In this document: positions 12,370 through 23,015 of the stretch, piece after piece | Layout of the letters: every line of letters begins with the position of its first letter | Position numbering within the stretch: the stretch's first letter is position 1 | Assembly: GCF_052425735.1 (NCBI RefSeq) | Contig: NC_135771.1 | Location: forward strand, 6,634,001-6,698,000 | Direction of reading: 5' to 3' | DNA: 64,000 bases | Origin: Oculina patagonica | Lineage: Eukaryota | The notes under the pieces: model-generated | Databases searched by the model: none | Told to the model about the DNA's origin: nothing | What the model saw: the letters and a program-made list of their open reading frames with translations, nothing else | Translations under genes and position numbers: made by a program

Positions 12370-15300
12370 ATGTCGGAGCTCGATCGGAAGCTATATTTCC
12401 GGGTGGCTTTCCTCGCTTTACTTCTTCCTTTAGCTTCAGGTGAGCCCAGTATTATTCTTAATCTATTTATAAGTTTAAGTGTGTCGGATAAAGCGACTGA
12501 AGTTTGTTTAGACGCGCGCTCTTTGCGATGAAAGAGAACATTACACAGTACTTCACAAAGGGAGATGATGCAATTAAATGAAAAGGAACCTCACAGCCAA
12601 GAACACATCAGTTTTGTAGTTTCTGTAGATCACAGGTTTCTGAAATCGTGGCATTAGTCAGTTACAGCTTATATGCTTGAGTCTCAAAAGAGTGTTGCTT
12701 GTGACTAAAAACGGCGTACCTTAAGATTTGCAGATGCAAAGTAGTGGAAATTGCACAACTGACATCAAAGAGGAGGCTGTCTCTTAATGAAAACAACTTA
12801 AAACGTTACATGGTCAGGCCCAGCGAAAAATCAACTTAGAACTGTGCTAAATTATGTTCAATTGAAAGCGTTTAACGATCGCACTGGTATGTCTGGTTCT
12901 ATTTATATAGTCGCAACTTTTTCATTATTTTCATTGAAAGTGCAGTCAGATGTACCAAAATATAAATATATGACTGTTCACGCACTACAGAAAAAAGTGA
13001 CATTACTGCTATTTTAAAGCATCGTAACCAACAATAACAACATAACTGAAGCAAACATTGTGTTGTAGTTATACACGAGTCATGATGCAATATTCCTGAA
13101 CTTTGCTTCCGTGCAGTTATCTTGCTTATGATCGGTAGTCAAAAGAAAAGTTGCAAGGTTTCTCGGTGTGTGTGTGTATTTTTTAATTTATCCTAGTTGG
13201 AGAGAGAAGCATTTTTCGGAATTTTGCTTACATAGTACCTAAAGACCCGATGACCGTTCTGAATGAGTTGGGCAGAAAAAGCACGATCAAAATTTAACAC
13301 ATAGAGTTTATAAGAACTGATTTAAAGCTAAATATCTGCCAGTGTAAAGCCCGAGGAAAACACGCAAGCTCGATTGGTTAAAAACGCTAGGCGAGGAATT
13401 TTCACGATATTGCATTCCTTTGTTTGTTCATACCTTTTCAGATGATTTTTAAGTAATTTAAAGAAAACCTTCATTATAAGAAATGTAATTGTAGGACGAA
13501 AGTTCTTGTTCTTCGGAGCTTTAAACTTAGCGTGCGTGCGGAAATGCAAGGAGAGAAATGGAATTGCTGCCAAATTTAACCTTTTTGTCAAGTTTTGTGA
13601 TCAGTGCGATATCGATGTTTCTCTTGAAATGTTAAGTGGAATTTGCAAGGGAACCATATTGTGAAATAAGGCCATGATATCAAGCCACGAAATTTGATCA
13701 AATAAACCGGTTTGCTTATGGCAGGTATTCAGTTTTTTGCAGGTTGCAATGTGTTAAACTTGAAGGGGTGACAGGCTCGCAAAATCTCTACCGTCGAAAA
13801 CCTTTTGAAAACCTCTTATATTTTGGCTTTAACGAGCAAATCTTCTAAGAATTTTCCTTTATTATTAGAAATAATTGGTGTTTATTCGAGATGAAGTTGA
13901 ATGAACCCCAATATAAAGGCTAACCTTTAGGGTTAGCTAATTTTGGCTACCTGGAGTGCTATTCAGGCTAACCGAAGTGCTAAGTAGACACGAAAGTCGA
14001 TTTTTCAACCCGCAATTAAGCAACCTGTAAAAAAATACCTGCCCGTTTGCTTGGGTCTTTAATTTACAATGTATCGTTTTCAGTTTGTTGGTATTCCAGT
14101 AGACTTTCCCAAAGTCCATAGATCGCTTCTGGCGCTTCTGGCTCTCATCCATTTATTCGAGATCGAGTTGGAGGAAGTCTAGTATTCTAGACGCTCTTTC
14201 AAACAACCACTTGTCTCATAAATGAAAGTAAATGCTCGTGAATGTTGCAAGCAATGCTTGGAATGAACAAATTCATGAGTGTCGTGTTTTTTTTTCTCAC
14301 GTTTTGCTACAAATCAAATCAATGGAACTCAGTTTGATGGAAAATGCTCTTTTTTCGGTTTAGAGTGTTTTGTGAACTTTGCAGAGTTTTTTGTTTGGTT
14401 TTTATGAATCCAGTTTTCTGGATTCATAACAATGATTCTGCAAGAGCACAACAGAGATTTCGGCAGAAAAACAAAGGACACTTAATATCTATAATTTCCG
14501 CTTCTGCAGTGACCGAAGGAGTTAGGACAAAGTGTGAACCAGCGAGCCATATGAGCCAGAAATCCCAAAGTCCTAATAAAAGACTAACCGCATGTTACTT
14601 AAGCTAACCAAAAATAACATGGAAACTGCGGTGATAAACATTACGGACACCGCAGTTTGCGTGTTATTTTTGGTTTAACTACGATGGCCAAAGAAAAAGA
14701 GTATTTACCTAAACTAACTGTACGCTAACCAGAGTGCTGTTTAAACTAACCGGAGTGCTATATCGGCTAGCCAATAATTATTAAGGATAACCGGAATTAC
14801 GTTCCTGCAGTTCGCCTGAGGTACGAAATACAAGTTTACGTCTTTTGTGACGACCAAGAACTTTACTGCAGGTCCCATACTGTACGGAATTAATTTTGTT
14901 CATCATTCGCAAAGATTACTTTCGACATAAAGGTTAAAAACTGCCATATTTCGTATCTTTAATTCCTTTTGTTTCCGGTCATGTGTCCGCTACTTGCAGA
15001 AGAAATCGAGAAGTACAAGAACAAGTTCAAAAGTAGCCAGGGTTGACACAAAATGTATGTCTGTTATTAAAGCTTAAAATTTGAAGTGTATTACTGTGAT
15101 GAAAATTGAAGCATCAGGCATTAATGAAGGCATAATAGTGTTATTTTAGTTAACAACAAAACGGTATTTTTTAAAAAGTCATTTTTGCCTTCCTTCGTCC
15201 TTTTAGCCTTGTTTTCTTTCTTCTTTCGTTCGGTCGGTCGGTTGTTCCTTTGTTTATTCCTTTGTTTTTCAATTTATTCCTTATGGCAGGAGGTTGCATA

Positions 15301-18300
15301 AATTTGGATCTTGGAATGGAAAGAGGATCAATTCCGGACAGTAAAATAACTACTTCATCTGTACAAAGTGCCAACACACCAGCCAAGAATGGTCGACTAA
15401 ACTTTGCATCAGGATTATCATGGTGTGCAGGAACAAGTTACACTAATCCATATCTACAGATTGATCTACAAACACTTCATATCATCTGTGCTGTGTCCAC
15501 TCAAGGGAATTCCCAAGCTGATCAGTGGGTGACAAACTACACACTACAGTCATCCACAGATGGGTCAACTTGGAAAAATTATACAGAAATTGGAGAAATT
15601 AAGGTAACAAGTAATACGCGCTATACTATTATATATATTTTTTTCTCAACCTCGGAATTGCATTTCTAGCTTCTGATTGTCCTGATCCCGGTACCAGCGA
15701 ACCAGTGACCAAGTGAAATGAGTGCGGAGTCCCCGGGGACCCAAGAATGGGACGAGGGAGGTGAACAAGACGGGACACCGTGACGCAAAAAGGAGAAACT
15801 GACGAACACGAGGAGTGAAGAAGCAGCGACGGATGACACGTCTGTCGCCGACCTCCGGTCCCTTCGGGCCCGCGACGGCGCGCCGCACAGACAGAGGGCG
15901 CGCCGCCCCGGCAGGACCGCCCCGCCCACCCACCAGGGCAGGACCGCGGGAACGAGCGCGGCGCCTCGGGCACCCCGCGCGGGCAGAAATTGTTAAATAA
16001 TTTTTTCATTAGAAAATGTATGATGTTACCCCATCATGAGGCCACGCTATTACAGCTCCAGCTGTAAAAATAATTTCATTTTTTCAAATTGTAATTCCCC
16101 ATTTATTTATTATGTTATTGTTATCTAGGCTATAACTTTTTAAATAGATCGTGAATGCATTTAGGTAATGCAGCGCAATTAACTTTGTACTTAGAATTGT
16201 TGTTGTGGATTATGATGATGATNNNNNNNNNNNNNNNNNNNNNNNNNNNNNNNNNNNNNNNNNNNNNNNNNNNNNNNNNNNNNNNNNNNNNNNNNNNNNN
16301 NNNNNNNNNNNNNNNNNNNNNNNNNNNNNNNNNNNNNNNNNNNNNNNNNNNNNNNNNNNNNNNNNNNNNNNNNNNNAGCTCAGGTTTAATAAATGTTTGA
16401 TTCCCCCAAAACTGTCTCTCATCTCGCATCTTGTTGTAAAATTATTATGCACACCATTTTGTATATAATTATTTTAATGCTCTCTTTTTAATTTTTAGAC
16501 TCTTAAAGGAAATAGTGATAAAAACTCAGAGGTTAAGCACATTCTTCATGAAGTTGTTTTAGCGAGGTATTTGCGGTTTCTACCTAAAAGTCACCATGGT
16601 GGTGTGTGTTTGAGAACAGAGGTGTTTGGAGTGAAGCAAAAACCAGGTAATTATTACTTGTCATACTTAAATACAGCTTCAACATATTACAATTCGACAT
16701 TATTTTTTAACGACCATTTTATTCACTGGATGTAGAATAGTGGTAGTCTTAAAGAGATCTTTGTTTTTCAACAAATGTAAAGCGATATCCGTGCAGTAGC
16801 AGTCTTGCAAGGGGGGATTTATTGCAGATCTCAGGTGTTGCTGTGAAAAATGAATTTAAACCTGCTCTCTCCGGCTCTCCTTTAGGTAAGCCTGTCGCCA
16901 AAGACCTACCAAAAAGAACAATTTTTGCGGTTGGTGAACTAGCAATCCTTACATGTGACATTAGTGGAGATCCAGAACCTTCTGTCACATGGAGTAAAGA
17001 TGGAGACACTAACATACCACGAGCTCAGTTTAGGTATAATAGACACATTCTTGTCATTGAAGATGTCCTTCATGTTGACAGTGGCGTTTATGAATGCAAA
17101 GCATCAAACAAGTTTGGAGAAAGCCGTACATCTACAACATTGATAGTCGCTGGTAAGTTGCACTGGCTGCAGTGTGACTAGATAAGTATTATTACTGGAA
17201 GGCGGGGGAGGAGGGAGAAGGAGCGAAATTACTGTCAGTCGTCACCGCCCCCTGCGCGTCGAGATGTCGGCGATGCGAGCGAGCTGAAGCCAATCCCACA
17301 CTGTGTGATACCTGAACGAGCTGATCGATGGATGCTGCAGGGAGGGCGGTAGACATTCAGGTGAGTGTCACTGACGATCGTCTGGCGTTGGTGGTGCCCC
17401 CCGTCGACTGATGGGCACCAGAGAGGGACCGCACTCCCGCCACCCCGCCCACTGCGCGAGGAGACTCCAAGCCAAGAAGAGGGCCGCGACCAGAAAGTCA
17501 GACTGGACACAGACGACGACAGGATCAGGCGCCCGGACCCCGCCGGAGAAAAAACGCCTATCGCAGGTAAGTATTGATAAGATATGCTTGATTGATATAA
17601 TTTTATTTAATTATTGATATAATTTGATTGACAAAATTTTTTTTATTTATTTATATAATTTAGTTATTTTCACGAGAGACTATTTCTCGAGGCCTGGCAT
17701 TCGCAGACGACGGGGGGAGAATTCGGATGTTTAAATCCCTCGCGTGATCACGCGCAGGGTCGTATTTTTGATGGCGTAGCACGCGCAGAACTGTAAACCG
17801 TTGAAAGCCGTTGACCAAAGTTATTGGTCGAAACGTCTTTAAAGTTTTGATTAACGTTGTTTTAGTGTTAGCACAAGTCAGTGGCGCGCAAGCACAAATT
17901 TTGTATTATGAGTATTACAATACAAACAAGTATGAGTATTACAATATAAACAAAGACGTTTTTTGTTCACAAAAATAGATTGATAAAATTTAATTCGTGG
18001 AAAATGATCTTTAAAAATATATCTGACTTATGAGTGCACTCTTTTCCCACAGTGCCACCTGTTATAATTGAAGACATTTCTCCACCTTCAGTGACATGTG
18101 AAAGGCAAACCCTTTGTTCTCTTTCTTGCCATGCAACCAGTGGTACTACGTTTAATTACTCTTGGACAAAGAATGGTCAGGTTCCAGTTAGTGATAATAT
18201 CACAATCATGAACAATAGCCTTGTTCTCACGCCTCGTGATGCAATGGATTATGGGGTGTATATATGCCATGCTACAAATAGCTTTGGTTCCACAGCTTAC

Positions 18301-19548
18301 AACATCACGCTTTCCGAAAGTCAGAAATCTTCAACATGTGCAGATACGATAAAGGGAGATGACAGTGAGTGTCGTTAACTTGTGTAGATGATAAATAAAG
18401 ACTGTTTTCCAAAAACCACAAGCACAACCAGGTTACGAAAAAAGGCTCCGATTATTCAAAAGGGGTATAAGGCTATCTACAAGAAAGATCATTACCTGGT
18501 GGTATATGTAACAAAACCACTACGGTATTCAATCGATCGTTAATTATCTGGTGCAAAGTGTTACCGATTCTTCGGACATCCAGGACAAGAAAATGAGTAA
18601 AAACCAAAGGAGGCCAAACAGCTTTTCTCTTGACCTCTTGTGCTTATGCATATATTGTTGTTGTTGTTGTTCTATTAGTAGGACGTGTATGACTTAAGTA
18701 TATGAATAATGCACTGAACTATTAAAGTTGCTCCCTTGAATTTTTCAAGAGTACATCTTCCTGAATTTGAACTGTCAGGGCTCCATCACGCTTGCTCCTT
18801 CATCCATTTTGATGACGACTGAATGAACTTTTCAAAACAAGTGGGCTTAGTGACATCAGCGTTGCCATAGCAATACAGCGGATGACGCCATGTATTTTGT
18901 ACATTAGTAAGAAAACACTTAAAATACTTCGGATCGGAACTGCAAGTCTATTTGCTTTCCATCAACAAAGGCACATGGTAATTGTTTAGCTCACCCAGCA
19001 ACTATGGCTTAACGAACAAATTAATTTACTTTGAAGCTTTTAATAATGTTTTCACTATCTGTTATTATTCCTTTTTGGCAGATGCAAACAGCATCATCAC
19101 TTTATCCTTCATCATGTTCGTGTCGCTTGTTGTAAATGGCGTGTTAATATGGCGGCTTAGACGAGCTGTCCGTGACAACAGAACAACGACTGAAGACAAG
19201 GCCATCACGGATGACATTGGTCAACCTGGCGTGTCAGAGCCAAGTTTATATATGGAAATCCGTCCCAGGCCTTCGGAAGGGCGGCCACGTGTACCTTCTG
19301 AGTGTAGGAGTCTTCAGGAAGCCAACAACAATCCTGAATGTTACAATGTGGGAGGCAATGGAAACGAACTTGACTTATCACGTGATCAGCAACTATCTTC
19401 GAAGGAGCAGTCACGTGAACCTCTTGAGGACAAAAGTCCACTGGGAACAAAAGAGAACCCTGGATGTTACAATGTGGGATTTAACAAAGGAAACAGCGGA
19501 AACGAACACGGAGAAATTTCCGATGAAGTTTACATTGCAATGAAATAG
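12370..19548 (+). CDS. Receptor paralog R2, short form: SP-F5/8C-Ig-Ig-TM-tail (525 aa), Tyr-depleted tail
   Basis: Exons 12370-12439 (MSELDRKLYFRVAFLALLLPLASG), 15290-15603, 16499-16646, 16886-17152, 18053-18364, 19082-19548; 1578 nt, open frame. Most exon lengths match R1/R3/R4. Could also be a decaying copy. Confidence 0.85.
15607..16011. other. R2-specific intronic insertion with GC-rich core
   Basis: The homologous R3 intron (25021 onward) lacks it; similarity resumes at about 16013; core 15680-15985 is very GC/CpG-rich. Confidence 0.6.
17191..17567. mobile_element. GC-rich 377-bp insertion with 8-bp direct repeats and no TIR
   Basis: TAAGTATT at 17183-17190 and 17568-17575; R1 and R3 have a single AAGTATT at this intron site. 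Confidence 0.55.
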
Positions 19549-20301
19549 GAAATTCCCAAGGTTGAGTTGTTTCGTTTTATCTTACTATTTTTGTCATTTT
19601 ACTGTGACACCTAAGATATTTTTGAGGTACATTGGTCGGTACCTCATGAGCGACCTTCTCTTTTTTCCCCCAAAAAAACGTACCACATGACGTATGCTTG
19701 TGACTGTGGTGGATGTCATGGGCTGTTTAGAATAGTACTAATAGAAAATGTTTAGAAAATATATATCTGAACCATAGAAGATTAAAAAACGTATCTATGT
19801 TGAATAGAAAATAGAATAGAATAGAATATTTCTAGATAATATATGTAGGCTATATGTGAATGCAAAAACATGTAAGTAGATCATAGAACTGAATAATTTT
19901 ATTTGCAGATAATATAGGTAATATTGTATTCCTAGGACATTTGTGGTTAATGAAATGTTATAAGATCATAAAAAGTATTTAATAACAATAATAGTTATAA
20001 TAATAAAAATAATAAAAATAATAATAATAATAAAAATAGTAATAACATTAAAATAATAATGGTTTATTAACCGGTTGTCCATTTACGTGGCTCTTCGCCT
20101 GTTAACTTACACAGAAGTGACAGTATGAAATATTTTCCCATTTTTTTAAATTGTTATTGCAAGGTTAGCAAGCAAAACCTGAATGCCACAGCCTTTTTAG
20201 AAAAGTACTTGTAGAAATGTTGAGGCGATTTAGAGTATGTAATTGTAAACAATAGCATGTGAGTAGATCATAGAGCTGAATAATTGTGGATAATAAAATA
20301 C

Positions 20302-20999
20302 TATCTTATTATAGCAAATTAACGCTTTTGTTAGTTAAGGTATTTGAAATTAACGCGACTTAAATTAACGCGAATTAAATGAAAAATTACTTCCCAATAA
20401 AGAAAATAAACGCCAAAGAGAGGGTAACATTTCAAAATGAAAGAAATTAACGCGACGTACTCAAAGAAAAACACTTGTTGAGACAACAGGGACAAGTTTA
20501 GTTCAACACTAGGCGTATAGTCCGAGACGGAAACAATGTTCGTGATACTTTAGCCAAACGTTACGCGCTACAGTTTCAGTGATATCAGTAGATTTTCACC
20601 CTGATGAAATAATGCTTTTTCCTAGGAGATTAGAACGTCTTACTGTATCGAGAAATTGAGAAAAAATAATGGAAATTAAGGTCACGGAAATTAACGATCC
20701 ACTTTATTAACGGCGCAGAAATTAACGTTAATAAACATTAACGCGACTTAAATTAACGCGTTAATTTCATGAAACGTTAATTCCCTGTAATAAGGTATAC
20801 AATGGGCGTCAAAAGTCCTTGAGACAGTTGAATGAAATTGATACTATTAAAATTCCCGTTTTCACCTTATCTGCTCCGCCTGAACCACCCCCCCCCTCAG
20901 TTGACTCAAACGAGGCAGTCGCAGAACAAACATGCGGGGGAGGGGGAGGGGGAGGGCAAAGGGACCAAAAGTGCCGACGTCTCAACCTGGCGCTCATTG
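20302..20999. mobile_element. Two adjacent MITEs (20302-20797 with aattaacg repeats; 20800-20999)
   Basis: TIR tatcttattatagcaaattaacg / cgttaattccctgtaataaggta; TIR caatgggcgtca / tggcgctcattg. Confidence 0.6.
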
Positions 21000-21004
21000 C
21001 ATCT

Positions 21005-22250
21005 CTAGGTAATAGGATAATTGTATTAAATGAAATGATAGAAGATCATAAGTAAATGTAGTAGAGAAAAGAGTATTTGTAGGTAAATAAATGAAAGTAA
21101 TTCATTGAATATGTGCATACAGAAGTTTACTAGGTAATGAAATATTTGCAGGTAAAATGTTAGAAGGTCATGGAATATATATCTGGGTAGTAAAATATTT
21201 GTAGTAATCAAAACTGTAGAAGATCATGAAGTATTTTTTGGGGAAGAGACTATTTGTTGGTGGCTAAATGATTGAAAATGATGGAATATGTGTAAACAAT
21301 CAAAGTTCACTAAGTAATAACATATTTGTAGGTAGAATGTTCGGAGGTCAACTAATATATATCGGGGTAAAAGAAAATGTGTAGTATTAAATATAAAAAT
21401 TGATGTATGAGGATCATGAAGTATTTTTCGGGAAAAGGCTATTTGTAGGTAATTAAATGATTGCAAATCATGGAATATGCGTAGACAAAAAAGTTTACTT
21501 AGTAATAAAATATTTGTAGGTAAAATATTATATATTATATTATGGAAGGTATCATGGAATATATATCTGGGTAGTAAAATTTTTGTAGTAAATAAAATTT
21601 TAGAAGATCTTGAAGTGTTTTTCGGGAAAAGACTTTTTGTAGGTGTCGAAATGATTGAAAATCATTGAATGTATGTGAACAATCAAAGTTTACTAAGTAA
21701 TAGAATATTTTTAGGTAAAATGTGAGAAGGTCATACATGTAGAATATATGTATGGATAAAAGAATATTTGAGTAAATAAAATAACAGAAGATCATAAAGT
21801 ATTTAGAGAAAAGACTATTTGTAGATAATTAAATGTTAGAAAAACGTGGAGTATGAATAGACAATATAGTTTTAGCAGCTAGTAAAATTTTTGTAAGTGA
21901 CACTTTAAGAAGACCATAGAATATCTGTGGGTAAAAAAAAAATGGTAGCAGATCAAAATATTTGTAGATAATAAAGTGTTAGTTTATCTTAAAATAGTTT
22001 TAAATAATAGATTATTTGAGGATAATAAAAGGTTTGGAGATAATACATTCTAACATAAAAGATTATTTTAAATCGTGGATAATAGAATGTAAGTAGATTA
22101 TAGAATATTTGTTTGATAGAAAAGTATTTCTGTGTGATAGAATATGTGTAGTAAATAGAACTGTCAGAAGATCATGAAGTTTTTGTAAAGAATAGATATT
22201 TTAAGGTAATAAACTTTTAGTATAAAAGTCATTGAATGTTTGAATAGTCC
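21005..22250. repeat. Degenerate AT-rich satellite downstream of R2
   Basis: Recurring tatttgtaggtaa..aatgttagaagatcat unit; related tracts at about 19730-20300 and 42710-44035 downstream of R3. Confidence 0.6.
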
Positions 22251-23015
22251 TAATTGTTCATTTCAACGGCATGTCCCCGCTATAAGAAGTTTATTATTAA
22301 GATAATTCTAAAAAATACTTATAATTATCTCATTGGCTCAGCTACCCGTATTCTATTCAACGATTAGACAACCAGCCTGCCAGTGACATGGTGCTTACTG
22401 GATTGTGAATTTAAGAAATGCAGATATATTTATGCTGTAAATAATCTTTTGTTTTCCTTGTCTTCCATGACTGTTAACAAATGTCGTGGCATAATGCGCA
22501 TATAACAAAACTTTCCTCGCTTTAGTGAAAACTGCTTAAAAGGAATTACAATTATGGCAATAATATATAGATTTAGGCAAGCATTAAAGCGGAGCTCTCT
22601 TATTTGTAATGTTCTCATTATGGTAAATAAGCGGCCAAAGCACTATGAATATCGTTTTGCGATGTAAGTGATCATAATGAAATGCTGGCCACAAAACTTG
22701 AGGATAACATACATTCACAGGGAAATTTTCCACCTGAGTCCATTGTTTCATCAAATTATTCCTGAAAACGTTATTTAAGAAAACCGAACTACATGCAAGC
22801 TAAATGCAAGAAAGCATTTTGGAGGAGACTTTGAACATTACAACTGCAGCCAACGCGTCAATACACAGGCTTACCATCCTCTGTAAGGTAAAAGTGCTGA
22901 TATCAATTAGTTTTATTTCATGCTATCAAAGGCGACATCAAAGGCGTTTCTCAGGAAAACGTCAAGTCGCAACGGATATTGCGTGCCGTGGTCAGATGAA
23001 ACAGAAACAGCCAAC

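Noticed and set aside
15629-16009. Overlapping GC-rich ORFs as genes
   Set aside because: Open frames on both strands are expected at this GC content; no recognisable domain.
16822-16885. Coding extension QISGVAVKNEFKPALSGSPL before Ig1
   Set aside because: R1 has a stop and a SINE here and R3 lacks the in-phase upstream AG; it reads as branch/pyrimidine tract. A minor alternative acceptor in R2 cannot be excluded.
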